Counted from the first letter of the stretch, positions 1-10,015 are shown. The stretch: DNA of 64,000 bases from a bacterium (GCA_027592325.1 JAQCKO010000002.1:18392-82391); one strand, 5' to 3'. Notes: generated by a model not told the origin, from the letters alone. Numbers and translations: made by a program.

Positions 1-2
1 AT

Positions 3-167
3 GGACTTGTAGATAGCGTTCGTTTTGTGGACGATTATCGTGCAGGGCTCGACAGCGGTATGATGAATTTGACGATTTCGATTTCCTTTCGCGCCGATGA
101 TCGAACGCTTACCTCAGAAGAAGTCGATAGCGTGATGGAGCGAATTGAAAACGCATTACGCGCATAA
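3..167 (+). CDS. pheT: Partial CDS (5' truncated by window edge): C-terminal FDX-ACB domain of phenylalanine--tRNA ligase beta subunit
   Basis: Frame +3 translates '...FRADDRTLTSEEVDSVMERIENALRA*' with stop at 165-167; the RTLTxEEV motif is typical of the PheT C-terminus. Confidence 0.5.
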   Translation, partial: GLVDSVRFVDDYRAGLDSGMMNLTISISFRADDRTLTSEEVDSVMERIENALRA

Positions 168-1473
168 TATGTTAAAGATTCTTCATCGCGAGGAGGCAAT
201 GGTAGATGAAGAACGCCTCCAAAGTGAAGCAAACCGTATTTTGCCGTATGTGGGCGAGCTTAGCTTGATCGCAAAAGCCACTGGGTATGACGCGCCGGAA
301 GCATCGCTGCAACTTCCGTACGATGAATCCATTCGCACGCAGGTAAAGGGACTTGCAAAAGAACTCGGTAAGCATATCGAGGTTATTGTTGTGATCGGGA
401 TTGGCGGATCGAATCTTGGCACCATGGCCATGTATCAAGCGCTTCGCGGCGTGCAAGATAGCCTCACGAGGAATTGGCCGAAGCTTTTATTCCTCGACAC
501 GCTCTCTGGTCAGAACCTTGAAGATATATCATCGTATCTCATCAATTTGCAAGACACAACATCATTTGCCGTTATCTCAATTTCAAAGTCTGGAGGAACG
601 GCCGAGACCATGGCGAATACTCAGGCGCTCTACAATAAGCTCCAGATAGCGTATGGGGATGTCTCTGATCGATTTATTGTTGTGACGGGTGACGGATCGA
701 AACTGTGGAATCGCGCAAAAGAATTGAATATGTATCGCCTCACCATCCCTGAGAAGGTTGGCGGGCGCTATTCGATTTTCTCCGCCGTTGGATTATTGCC
801 GCTCGCGCTTTCAGGAGCCGACATCGATGCCATGCACCGCGGCGCGCGTGAAGTGATCGAGATATGTACGATTAACGATATTGAAAAAAATCCAGCGCTC
901 TATTCGGCAATCGTGACGTATTTGCATGCGCAGGATGGCAAGAATATACACAATAGTTTTTTCTTCGACCCTCGCATGGAGCTCACAGGAAAGTGGTATC
1001 GGCAGCTGATGGGGGAGAGTATTGGAAAGCAGTATTCTGTTTTCGGAGAAGAACTGCGCGCCGGGGTGACGCCGATCGTTTCAACTGGCTCAACCGATTT
1101 GCATTCAATGGCGCAGCTGTATTTTGGCGGACCTCGCGATAAAATAACGAATATCGTTTATGGGCCATTCAATGATGTGAGGCTTCAGGGAGATGAATTC
1201 TCTGGACTGGTACAAGATCTTCCGGGAAAAACTTTTAATGACGTCATGTCCGCGATTTTGGGCGGTACAATGGAGGCATACACCAAAAATAAGATGCCGT
1301 TTCTTGCGATTGAACTTGAAGATTATACGGAAGCGTCTCTTTCAGGCTACCTGCAATTTCGGATGTGTGAGATGATGTGTTTAGCACAACTCTTCGATGT
1401 AAATGCATTTGATCAACCAAATGTGGAAGATTATAAGTCGGAGACGAGGAGGCTACTTAGAAATATCGAGTAG
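145..1473 (+). CDS. pgi: Glucose-6-phosphate isomerase (short archaeal/Bacillus-type PGI)
   Basis: 442-aa ORF with the PGI sugar-isomerase motif VVIGIGGSNLG. The track start is a TTG at 145 overlapping the pheT end; an alternative ATG at 199 sits just after AGGAGG at 191-196, but the spacer is only 2 nt. Confidence 0.8.
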   Translation: MKTHYAHNMLKILHREEAMVDEERLQSEANRILPYVGELSLIAKATGYDAPEASLQLPYDESIRTQVKGLAKELGKHIEVIVVIGIGGSNLGTMAMYQALRGVQDSLTRNWPKLLFLDTLSGQNLEDISSYLINLQDTTSFAVISISKSGGTAETMANTQALYNKLQIAYGDVSDRFIVVTGDGSKLWNRAKELNMYRLTIPEKVGGRYSIFSAVGLLPLALSGADIDAMHRGAREVIEICTINDIEKNPALYSAIVTYLHAQDGKNIHNSFFFDPRMELTGKWYRQLMGESIGKQYSVFGEELRAGVTPIVSTGSTDLHSMAQLYFGGPRDKITNIVYGPFNDVRLQGDEFSGLVQDLPGKTFNDVMSAILGGTMEAYTKNKMPFLAIELEDYTEASLSGYLQFRMCEMMCLAQLFDVNAFDQPNVEDYKSETRRLLRNIE

Positions 1474-1479
1474 CGCCTT

Positions 1480-1620
1480 GTCACTCCGGCTTGACCAGGG
1501 GTCCAGCGTATACCAAAATTGATTTGATGGATTCTCCGGCGTAGCCACAGCAGAGCCGGGCAGGCCGGTCCAGGCTCCGCCTATGCTGCCAATCGTTCGG
1601 GAATAACGAATCGACTAACA
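1480..1620. repeat. Copy of dispersed GC-rich palindromic repeat (module A: hairpin GGCAGAGCC...GGCTCTGCC with GGAGAATCC/ACGAATCG flanks)
   Basis: Core gcagagccgggcaggccggtccaggctc at 1550-1581 reappears inverted at 18023-18055 with 1-2 mismatches; the flanks match 36070-36116 in inverted orientation. Confidence 0.7.
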
Positions 1621-1630
1621 ACTAATCTCT

Positions 1631-1894
1631 ATGATTAACTCTCTCGATGTTCTCTATTTTGTTCTCGCCTTTTGTGCGATTTGGGTGACCGTCATGGTTG
1701 CCTGGTTTGTCTTTTCTGTGACGAGTATTATTCGCGGGCTTAAACAAGCGATTGAACATCTTTCTGTGATTAGCGATCTATTAGAAAAAGGCGTACATAT
1801 GGTTTCAAGTGCCTTTGGATCGAAAGTGGCAGAAAAAGCCTTTGACGCGATGTCGAATATAGGACGGAGGAAAAAGGGGGAGGATGAGGAGTAA
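1631..1894 (+). CDS. Small hypothetical membrane protein (87 aa, one N-terminal TM helix)
   Basis: ORF with a hydrophobic N-terminus (VLYFVLAFCAIWVTVMVAWFVF), followed by a strong terminator. Confidence 0.4.
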   Translation: MINSLDVLYFVLAFCAIWVTVMVAWFVFSVTSIIRGLKQAIEHLSVISDLLEKGVHMVSSAFGSKVAEKAFDAMSNIGRRKKGEDEE

Positions 1895-1910
1895 AAAATA
1901 ATGATCCAAA

Positions 1911-1960
1911 AAACCGTAACCCGGTTACCGAAATTTCGGTAACCGGGTTACGGTTTTTCG
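1911..1960 (+). terminator. Rho-independent terminator (perfect 40-nt palindrome plus T-tract)
   Basis: ccgtaacccggttaccgaaatttcggtaaccgggttacgg at 1914-1953 followed by tttttcg. Confidence 0.7.
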
Positions 1961-2056
1961 AAATGATGAAAAATAACGATTTTAATATCTCAAACCTGAT
2001 CTCTACCCACGAACCCTATACCCTAAACCCTCCCTGCATGCTAAAGTACCCCCACT

Positions 2057-5000
2057 ATGAGCCAGCAGCTTCCTATGGTACCGGAAGATTTTGTTCATCT
2101 TCACGTTCACTCGCATTTTTCGCTACTTGAAGCGCTTCCGTCGCCAAAGGCGCTTGTTTCGCGTGCAAAAGAGGATGGAATGAAGGCACTTGCGCTCACC
2201 GATAATGGCGCCATGTATGGAGCTGTCACCTTTTACGAAGCCTGCCGTGATGCCGAGATCAAGCCTATCATCGGACTTGATATGTACGTGGCGCAGAATC
2301 GAATGCAAGACAAACGTGCACGCATTGATGACAGGCCGTATCGACTGCCACTTATCGCGACGAATACCGCTGGCTATAAAAACCTTCTTAAAATTACCTC
2401 AACGGGATATTTAGAAGGATTTTATTATAAACCTCGCATCGACAAGCCTTTCCTTGAAAAACATACCACGGGATTGATCGGGTTTTCAGGCTCACTTGCG
2501 GGAGAGATACCAAAGGCGATTGCAGAAGATAATCTCAAAAAAGCCGAGGAGCTTTGTTATGCCTATGAGCAATACTTTGGACAAGGGAATTTCTTTTTAG
2601 AGCTAATTTTTCATCCAGAATTAGCGCGACAAATCGACGTCAATACTGCGCTGAAAGATCTCTCAAAAAAAACAGGCGTGCCAGTAGTCGCGGCGAAGAA
2701 TATTTTTTATTTGAATCCAGATGATCGTGAGGGATATGAAGCCCAAATGTGTATTATGCGCGGACGGACGCTTGAAAGCTTCCGTGCGACGCGTGCGGAA
2801 GATGTTGATCTTTCTTTCCCGAAGGCACAAGAAATTATCGATTATTTTAGCGACATCCCTGAGGCGCTTCGAGCCACAAAAGCGATTGCGGATCGCGTGG
2901 AATTTGAAATGGATCTTGGCAATAATTACTTGCCAATTTTTCCCATGCCCGAGGGGAAAAGTGATAACGATTATTTATACGATTTAGCGCTTGCGGGCCT
3001 TAAACATCGATACGGCGATTTGAGTGAAGAAATCATGGAGCGCTTCACCTTTGAATTCGAGACAATTAAGCGCATGGGATATTCATCGTATTTCATCATT
3101 GTGCAGGACTTTGTGATGTGGGCGAAGAATAATGGCATTCTGGTTGGCCCTGGACGTGGTTCCGCAGCAGGTTCGATTATTTCGTATGCTTTGCAGATTA
3201 CCGACATTGATCCCATGCACTACGGATTGCTTTTCGAGCGCTTCCTCAATCCCGATCGTATCTCGATGCCTGATATCGACCTTGACTTTGCCGATAGTAA
3301 GCGCGGTGAGGTGCTCGAGTATGTGACAAACATGTACGGCGCCGAGAAGGTTGCGGGAATCGTAACATTTGGGACGCTCATGCCTCGTGCGGCGGTCCGT
3401 GATGCAGGGCGCGTGCTTGGGCTTACGTTCGATGAAGTCGATGTGATTGCAAAAGCTGTCCCGCCACCGGTACTTGGACGCCACACGCCGCTTAAAATAG
3501 CCATTGAAGAACATGTAGAGCTTCGTGAGGTGTATCAGAGTAATCCGATGGCAAAGCAAGTCATTGATCTTGCCATGAAAATGGAAGGAAATCCTCGACA
3601 TACCTCGCAGCATGCCTGCGGGATTGTTATTGGAGATGTTCCACTTGTTGAGCGCGTGCCAATTTTGGCAGGTCAAAAAGAAGACATGGCCTACGTGACG
3701 CAATATTCACTGAATTCTGCGGAAGCGGCTGGTCTGGTGAAAATGGATTTTTTAGGACTGTCAAACCTCACTATTATTCAAGATGCTCTCGACATCATTC
3801 GTGCAGTTCATGGTGTCGAGATCGATATTGGGAACATCCCACTTGATGATGAAAAAGCCTTCGAGCTTTTAGGGCGAGGTGATACGACGGGTGTTTTTCA
3901 GTTAGAGTCAGACGGCATGAAGCGCTATATTCGTGACCTAAAGCCAACACAGATTGAAGATATTATTGCGATGGTATCGCTGTATCGTCCTGGCCCATTG
4001 TCTGCTGGAATGGTGCCAAAGTATATCAACCGGAAAAATGGTCGTGAAAAAGTGTCATATGACCACCCCATGATGAAGGAGATTCTTGAGGAGACATACG
4101 GCGTGACGGTGTATCAGGAGCAGATTATGAAAATATCGCGTAAGCTTGCTGGCTTTACGGCGGGTGAGGCCGATACGCTCCGAAAAGCGATGGGGAAGAA
4201 AAAGCGCGATGTACTTGCGAAAATGTATAGCAGTTTTGTTGAAGGATGTATTGCGAATACTGTACCAAAACAAACGGCTGAGCAAATTTGGAAAGATTGG
4301 GAAGGGTTTGCAGACTATGCTTTCAATAAGTCGCATGCCGCCTGCTATGCCATGATTGCCTACAGGACGGCGTATTTAAAAGCGCATTATACGCCGGAAT
4401 TCATGGCGGCGCTCATGAACTCGGACATTAATACGCTCGACCGTATTACCATTGAGGTGGAAGAATGTAGTCGCCTTGGTATTACCGTTTTACCACCAGA
4501 TGTAAATGAATCATTTCCTGGGTTTGCGGTAGTACCTGGTACAGGAAATATACGATGGGGTCTTCATGCAATTAAAAATGTGGGGACAGAAGTCGCAAAG
4601 GCAATTACGCGTGAGCGTAAAGAGCATGGCCTGTACAAAGATTTAGCAGATTTTGCCCGGCGTGTTCCGAATGAACAATTTAATAAAAAGTCGCTTGAAG
4701 CACTCATAAAATCGGGAGCGCTTGATCGTTTTGCTGCGCGGGGTGATCTTATTGAAAGCATGGATCAACTTTTGATGTTCAATAAACAGGTGCATAAAGA
4801 AAAATCGACGAATCAAATTTCCATGTTTGATTTTTCCCCGTCCATGAATGAGGCAGAATTGACGCTTCGAAAAGGAAAGGAAATCGGAATAGGACAACTG
4901 CTTTCGTGGGAAAGGGAACTCCTTGGAATTTATGTCTCCAATCATCCAATGAGAGATTTTGAAGAAGAATTGAAGCCCTATGTTGTAGAAGCGGGGACGC

Positions 5001-5608
5001 TTGATCAGTATGAAGATGGGCATATGGGAAATTTGGTTGGGGTGATTATTGAAGCGAAAAAAATACTGACTCGCAAGAAACAGGAGCCAATGGCTTTTGT
5101 CCGACTTGAAGATTGGTCAGGAAGTGCGGAAGTAGTTGTTTTTCCCAAGCTGTACAAAAAAGTTCAGCATATTTTAGAGCCGGGTGCGTATTTGGTATTG
5201 AAAGGAAAAATATCGATTCGTGATCGTGATGAGAGAAAAGAATGGTCAATGCTTGCAGATGAAATTACTGTTTTTAAGGAGCAAGACAAAGATGAGCTTA
5301 TTCATATGTTGCGCGGTGGTGGTTGGGATACAAGTTTTGAAAAACAAGATCAAACGGAGGCCCTCCCAGAGGTGCCTGGAGTTTCGATTCTTGTACCAAC
5401 AGTCCCAACACATGAGCTAATAGATGCTCTTCGAAAAACGCTCAAAGAATCGCCTGGGGATGTTCCTGTGTATTTAATTGTCCAGTCAGGCGGGGAAGAG
5501 CGACGAATTCAAACGGAATATACGATCGATCCAACGGCTCATTTACTTGAACGCCTGAAGGAACTTGTAGGTGCGGAAAATCTGGTTCATTCATTTGCTA
5601 TCATTTAA
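2057..5608 (+). CDS. dnaE: DNA polymerase III alpha subunit
   Basis: 1183 aa; N-terminal PHP-domain motif FVHLHVHSHFSLLEA; size and domain order typical of DnaE. Confidence 0.9.
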   Translation: MSQQLPMVPEDFVHLHVHSHFSLLEALPSPKALVSRAKEDGMKALALTDNGAMYGAVTFYEACRDAEIKPIIGLDMYVAQNRMQDKRARIDDRPYRLPLIATNTAGYKNLLKITSTGYLEGFYYKPRIDKPFLEKHTTGLIGFSGSLAGEIPKAIAEDNLKKAEELCYAYEQYFGQGNFFLELIFHPELARQIDVNTALKDLSKKTGVPVVAAKNIFYLNPDDREGYEAQMCIMRGRTLESFRATRAEDVDLSFPKAQEIIDYFSDIPEALRATKAIADRVEFEMDLGNNYLPIFPMPEGKSDNDYLYDLALAGLKHRYGDLSEEIMERFTFEFETIKRMGYSSYFIIVQDFVMWAKNNGILVGPGRGSAAGSIISYALQITDIDPMHYGLLFERFLNPDRISMPDIDLDFADSKRGEVLEYVTNMYGAEKVAGIVTFGTLMPRAAVRDAGRVLGLTFDEVDVIAKAVPPPVLGRHTPLKIAIEEHVELREVYQSNPMAKQVIDLAMKMEGNPRHTSQHACGIVIGDVPLVERVPILAGQKEDMAYVTQYSLNSAEAAGLVKMDFLGLSNLTIIQDALDIIRAVHGVEIDIGNIPLDDEKAFELLGRGDTTGVFQLESDGMKRYIRDLKPTQIEDIIAMVSLYRPGPLSAGMVPKYINRKNGREKVSYDHPMMKEILEETYGVTVYQEQIMKISRKLAGFTAGEADTLRKAMGKKKRDVLAKMYSSFVEGCIANTVPKQTAEQIWKDWEGFADYAFNKSHAACYAMIAYRTAYLKAHYTPEFMAALMNSDINTLDRITIEVEECSRLGITVLPPDVNESFPGFAVVPGTGNIRWGLHAIKNVGTEVAKAITRERKEHGLYKDLADFARRVPNEQFNKKSLEALIKSGALDRFAARGDLIESMDQLLMFNKQVHKEKSTNQISMFDFSPSMNEAELTLRKGKEIGIGQLLSWERELLGIYVSNHPMRDFEEELKPYVVEAGTLDQYEDGHMGNLVGVIIEAKKILTRKKQEPMAFVRLEDWSGSAEVVVFPKLYKKVQHILEPGAYLVLKGKISIRDRDERKEWSMLADEITVFKEQDKDELIHMLRGGGWDTSFEKQDQTEALPEVPGVSILVPTVPTHELIDALRKTLKESPGDVPVYLIVQSGGEERRIQTEYTIDPTAHLLERLKELVGAENLVHSFAII

Positions 5609-5610
5609 CT

Positions 5611-6768
5611 ATGAAAAAGAAGAAGCAGCAAAAATCAGCGCGCCCACTGTCACGATCGCTTCGTGTCTACCAAAAGCTTTCATTACTCTTTTTTGTTTTT
5701 TCTGTTTTACTGCTTCTTGGTGTGCTTTATCTGTCGCTTTCGCAGGCAGTGATTCGGATCGCGCCTATTCCACGGGCAATTTCATCGAGTATTGCGATTG
5801 ATGTCCATCAGAATCCGGGTGCATTGCAGGTAGCAGGAGAGATAGCCGAAGTTCAACTAGAGCGTACAAAAACAGTGACACTTCAAGGCAATGGGACTGA
5901 TCCTGTAAAAGGGCGGTCAAGCGGAATGGTTTTTGTCGTGAATGAGACATCGGGTCAGGTTGATCTTGTTGCAAATACGCGGGTTTTGTCGGATAGCGGG
6001 ATACTTTTTCGGTTGCAAGAGGCGGTGAGCGTGCCTGCGAATGATCAAGTCGAAGTTGCTGTTCTTGCAGATGAAGAAGGTGAAGAAGGTGACATAGAAC
6101 CTAGCCGATTTACCATCCCAGGGTTACCAGAGAATGCACAAACCGTTGTATATGCCATTAGCACCAAAGCTATGGTGGGTGGGCTTCGATTTGTCCGTGT
6201 GATTTCACAAGACGATTTAGAGCGTGCTGAGGTTGAGCTAACAGCCGAACTGCTGAAGCAAGGCATTGATGAGCTTAAAGGAACTGAAACCAGAGATTTT
6301 GATGACGAGATATTCGACATTGAAATTCTGACGCGCATAACGAATGCAGCGATTGGGGAAGAAGCAAGTAGTTTTGATATTGGGCTTTCGGCCCGCATCT
6401 TTGGCGTATTTTTTGACGCTAGTGCATTTCAAACGCAAGTGGAGAATGGGTTGAGACTTTCCGCAGACGATGGATTTGAGCTTGTCAGTATTTACGATGA
6501 CGTCTATCGGAGGGCGATTCAATTTGTTGATGTGCAAAGTGGAGTTGCTCGCATTGCTGTTACCGTCGATATGCTATCAATTATCACAAATACGAACGAA
6601 CTCCTTAACCTTGATCAATTCCTTGGCAAAGCGCCAGGTGAAGTAGAGGCGATTTTAGAGGCTTCAGAAGCAATCGAATCAGCGAGTATTTCATTTACGC
6701 CGTTTTGGTTAAAACGCATTCCAACCCTACGCGATCATATTAAGGTGGTGATTGAGGGATTGAAGTAG
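5611..6768 (+). CDS. Hypothetical N-terminally membrane-anchored protein (385 aa), apparently translationally coupled to dnaE
   Basis: Start 3 nt after the dnaE stop; Lys-rich N-terminus followed by one TM segment (LSLLFFVFSVLLLLGVLYLSL); no recognisable family. Confidence 0.5.
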   Translation: MKKKKQQKSARPLSRSLRVYQKLSLLFFVFSVLLLLGVLYLSLSQAVIRIAPIPRAISSSIAIDVHQNPGALQVAGEIAEVQLERTKTVTLQGNGTDPVKGRSSGMVFVVNETSGQVDLVANTRVLSDSGILFRLQEAVSVPANDQVEVAVLADEEGEEGDIEPSRFTIPGLPENAQTVVYAISTKAMVGGLRFVRVISQDDLERAEVELTAELLKQGIDELKGTETRDFDDEIFDIEILTRITNAAIGEEASSFDIGLSARIFGVFFDASAFQTQVENGLRLSADDGFELVSIYDDVYRRAIQFVDVQSGVARIAVTVDMLSIITNTNELLNLDQFLGKAPGEVEAILEASEAIESASISFTPFWLKRIPTLRDHIKVVIEGLK

Positions 6769-6816
6769 GGTGTACGAATTACGAATTGCTACTAATATAT
6801 CAACGATGAATGATAC

Positions 6817-6876
6817 GAATGCGTATAGATCCCTCGCATTCGTTCCCGGCAGAGCCTGGCAGGCGGGAATTTCTCG
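6817..6876. repeat. Copy of dispersed repeat (module A, inverted relative to the 9093-9150 copy)
   Basis: Reverse complement gccgggaacgaatgcgagggatctat matches 9125-9150 with 1 mismatch; it also contains cccgcctgccaggctctgcc. Confidence 0.65.
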
Positions 6877-7029
6877 AAGAACAATGTGAGGAGAGATTTA
6901 TTCGCGTCGAAGATCTTGCCATTTCGTCGTTTTGTTCCCCTCGCAATGAGAATACGGTCTTCCTGAGCGGAGGCCAAAGGCCGAAGTCGAAGGATCCACG
7001 CGCATATTGAGCCTTGACATCATACAAAA

Positions 7030-7211
7030 CACCGCATACACTTTATGTATCGTTGTGATAAGGCTTCACCAACCTTGGAGCGATTGGTCTATGCGTCCAT
7101 AACGTATAAAAAGAGTGATGCCTGCGAAGAGAAAATCGTTTGCATAACTCGGGTGGAACCGCCCATTCGGGCCCCGAGAGCAGTCATTAACTGGTCTCTA
7201 TTTTATTTTCT
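7030..7211 (+). promoter_or_regulatory. Candidate T-box riboswitch leader of thrS (likely Thr/ACC specifier)
   Basis: aactcGGGTGGaACCGCc at 7146-7163 matches the T-box consensus AAnnnGGGTGGnACCGCG. Downstream hairpin gagagcag...ctggtctc plus T-run (7175-7210) fits the terminator/antiterminator alternative; an ACC codon sits in the upstream stem region (ttcACCaacc). Confidence 0.45.
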
Positions 7212-8954
7212 ATGAATGAACAAGAATTAAACGATCTTCGTCATAGCTGCGCGCATCTTCTTGCAGCAGCCGTGATGGAAATTTGGCCGCATGCAAAGCG
7301 CACCATTGGTCCTGCCATCGAGAATGGCTTTTACTTTGATTTTGATTTTGGCAATACCACAGTGACCGAAAAAGATTTTCCGAAAATCGAAAAACGCATG
7401 AAACAGCTTCTCACTACATGGAAGGGCTTTGAACGTCATGAGCTAAATGCAGAAGAAGCAAAGGCGGAGTATCCTGATAATACCTATAAGCATGAACTCA
7501 TTGATGAGTTTACAGCGGATGGATCGAAGGTGAGTTTCTATAAGTCTGGTGCGTATTGGGATCTTTGCCGTGGAGGGCATTGCAAGGAACCAAATACGGC
7601 GCTTAAGAATTTTAAATTGCTTTCTATTGCGGGAGCGTATTGGCGCGGTGATGAGAATAACCCAATGCTTACGCGTATTTATGGTACTTGCTTCGAGTCG
7701 CAAGAAGAGCTCGATGCCTATTTGACTATGATGGAAGAGGCAAAGAAGCGTGATCATCGAAAATTAGGTCAAGAACTCGATCTATTTACACACTCAGAAC
7801 TTGTTGGCTCAGGCCTTCCGCTTTTCACCCCGCGCGGAACGATTGTGCGTGAGCAGCTTTCTGCTTTCGTTTGGGAGCTCATGAAACCTCATGGGTATTC
7901 CCGCGTGCATATTCCGCATATGGCAAAGTCAGACCTGTACAAGACATCAGGTCACTGGGATAAATTCATGGATGATATTTTTCACATTCGGAGCAAAAAA
8001 ACAGATCAAGATTTTGTTATGAAGCCGATGAATTGTCCGCATCATACACAGATTTATGCTGCAAGAATGCGTAGCTATCGTGATTTGCCGCTTCGATATT
8101 CTGAAGTGACTAGCGTGTACCGTGATGAAAATACAGGTCAGTTGCAAGGCCTTTCGCGTGTGCGTTCGATCACTCAGGATGACGCGCATGTATTCTGTCG
8201 CATGGATCAGGTTAAGCAAGAAGCGCTTGCCATGTATGACATTATTACCCGTTTCTATGCCGCTTTCAATATGTCCCTCCGCATTCGGCTGTCGACATCG
8301 GATCCTGATGCGCCAGAGAAGTATCTTGGTGGGGAAGAGGTTTGGGATAATGCCGTCGGGACGCTGAAAGAGATTCTTCAAGAGCTTGAAAAAGACTATG
8401 AAATTGGCGTTGGGGAAGCGGCTTTTTATGGACCAAAGCTCGACTTCATTGCAAAAGATGCCATCGGCCGAGATTGGCAACTAGCGACCATTCAGCTTGA
8501 TTTCAATTTGCCGGAACGCTTTGCGCTTGAATACATTGATGAGAACAATGAAAAAGTGCGGCCCGTCATGCTGCACCGCGCTATTCTTGGCTCAATTGAA
8601 CGTTTCATGGCAGTTTTAATTGAGCATTATGCCGGGGCATTCCCAATGTGGCTTGCACCGGAGCAAGTGCGTCTTGTACCGGTAAGCGATGATTTTGTCG
8701 ATTTAGCACGCACAATCGAAACCAAGCTTCGCGAGAGAGATATTCGTGTGAGCGTTGATGCATCGAAAGAAGGTGTTGGAAAGAAGATTCGCAATAGTGC
8801 CATGATGAAAACACCGTGGACGATTGTGATCGGAGAAAAAGAAGCAGGTGGAGGAGACTATCAGGTGAATATCTTTGGGCAGGATGAAGATAGGACCATT
8901 TCCCAAGGTGATTTGGTAGATGCTGTTTTGGACGCAGCCAAGTTGCCGGTGTAG
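7212..8954 (+). CDS. thrS: Threonine--tRNA ligase (N-terminal TGS domain absent)
   Basis: 580 aa; begins at the editing-domain motif HSCAHLLAAAV and carries a class II aaRS catalytic core; about 60 aa shorter than canonical ThrRS. Confidence 0.85.
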   Translation: MNEQELNDLRHSCAHLLAAAVMEIWPHAKRTIGPAIENGFYFDFDFGNTTVTEKDFPKIEKRMKQLLTTWKGFERHELNAEEAKAEYPDNTYKHELIDEFTADGSKVSFYKSGAYWDLCRGGHCKEPNTALKNFKLLSIAGAYWRGDENNPMLTRIYGTCFESQEELDAYLTMMEEAKKRDHRKLGQELDLFTHSELVGSGLPLFTPRGTIVREQLSAFVWELMKPHGYSRVHIPHMAKSDLYKTSGHWDKFMDDIFHIRSKKTDQDFVMKPMNCPHHTQIYAARMRSYRDLPLRYSEVTSVYRDENTGQLQGLSRVRSITQDDAHVFCRMDQVKQEALAMYDIITRFYAAFNMSLRIRLSTSDPDAPEKYLGGEEVWDNAVGTLKEILQELEKDYEIGVGEAAFYGPKLDFIAKDAIGRDWQLATIQLDFNLPERFALEYIDENNEKVRPVMLHRAILGSIERFMAVLIEHYAGAFPMWLAPEQVRLVPVSDDFVDLARTIETKLRERDIRVSVDASKEGVGKKIRNSAMMKTPWTIVIGEKEAGGGDYQVNIFGQDEDRTISQGDLVDAVLDAAKLPV

Positions 8955-9092
8955 TTAAAGTTAGTAGTTTGTAGTGCGTAGTGGTAGAAAGCGTGGTTAT
9001 TGTCATTGCGAGGAACGCATGTAATGCGTGACATGGCAATCTCTTGCACTCGTATAGATCTCTCGCTATGCTCGAGAATTTGTTATTTCCCG

Positions 9093-9240
9093 CTTGCCCG
9101 GCCTGTCCGGCTCCGCCGTGGCTCCGCCGGGAACGAATGTGAGGGATCTATCCATCATTCTTGCGAAGGCAGGAATCCATCCCGCCCTTCGCGAAGAGCA
9201 GGATCCATTGAAAAGGAAAGAACCCATTACGGGTTCTTTT
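9093..9240. repeat. Composite dispersed repeat (module A plus module B: CATTCTTGCGAAGGCAGGAATCC palindrome)
   Basis: Shares 35-50 bp blocks with 6817-6876 (inverted), 18023-18098, 36007-36060 and 45086-45165. Confidence 0.7.
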
Positions 9241-9244
9241 CTAT

Positions 9245-10015
9245 TTATGCGGCTTTATCTCTCACCGCTGCTGCAAGATTCCTTTGGACGTACATGAGAC
9301 TGTTAAGCTCAGTCATTTTCTCCTTTACGATTGCTGAAGTTCCATCTTCTTGTGCATCTTCAACGGCATATTTTGCTTCTTCGATAGATCCTGCTAGCAC
9401 TTCAAGCGCAACTTCTAAGGACATTCCTGCCTCCACTTTTGCCACCCATGATTGTAGTTTTGCTTCGGTTAATTGTTCTGCGCCCTGCCTCGTCGTATCC
9501 CCAGGAGCTTCTGTTTCTGTGACGATTTCTTTATCACCGGAACCTCCTTCCACTTTTCGTATGGTCGCAGGAGCAGGCTGTTCAGTGTTTGTCGCTGTAG
9601 TGAGAAGATCTTCAAGTCGTCCTGCGACAGCTGCTGGATCAGATGTATCTTCTTCTTCATCTTCGCCGAGTGGACGGATAGTTGTTTCTACACCTTCAGT
9701 TACTTCTCCAGCTCCGTCAATCGTACCGTAAACAAGTGCTTGTTCTCCCGGAGAGGAAAAATCACTTCCTGGAACACGATCCAGTTCGGCAGCACCTTCA
9801 ATAGCCTTAGCATTTACTGATCCGCCTGTATCTCGTGCAGTAGCAGTATCGCTATAGGCTTCTGAGACAGCATCTTTTATTGCCTTAACTTGCGCAGGCG
9901 TATATTCATGTTTTCGCCCAGCTTTCACTGGCTCAATTGCTTTTTCCGTTACTTCTGGCGGTTTTTCACGTCTTTCTGCTCCTCCGCCTCCAAAAAACTT
10001 GCTAAATATTCGCAT
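9245..10015 (-). CDS. Hypothetical acidic, low-complexity (probably disordered) protein (256 aa)
   Basis: ORF starting MRIFSKFFGGGGAERREKPP, rich in E/A/T/D. The antisense + ORF 9000..9731 is Ser-rich low complexity overlapping the repeat, so it is judged the artefact. Confidence 0.4.
   Translation of the reverse strand: MRIFSKFFGGGGAERREKPPEVTEKAIEPVKAGRKHEYTPAQVKAIKDAVSEAYSDTATARDTGGSVNAKAIEGAAELDRVPGSDFSSPGEQALVYGTIDGAGEVTEGVETTIRPLGEDEEEDTSDPAAVAGRLEDLLTTATNTEQPAPATIRKVEGGSGDKEIVTETEAPGDTTRQGAEQLTEAKLQSWVAKVEAGMSLEVALEVLAGSIEEAKYAVEDAQEDGTSAIVKEKMTELNSLMYVQRNLAAAVRDKAA

Noticed and set aside
3083-3703. 206-aa ORF antisense inside dnaE, and similar antisense ORFs inside the HlyD (46695..47258), RND (47725..48189; 48445..48939) and S8 genes
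   Set aside because: They are fully embedded in well-supported genes on the opposite strand and have no motifs
9000-9731. 243-aa + strand ORF antisense to the 9245..10015 gene
   Set aside because: It is Ser/Pro-rich low complexity, begins inside the dispersed repeat, and the opposite-strand ORF has a far more plausible start and composition
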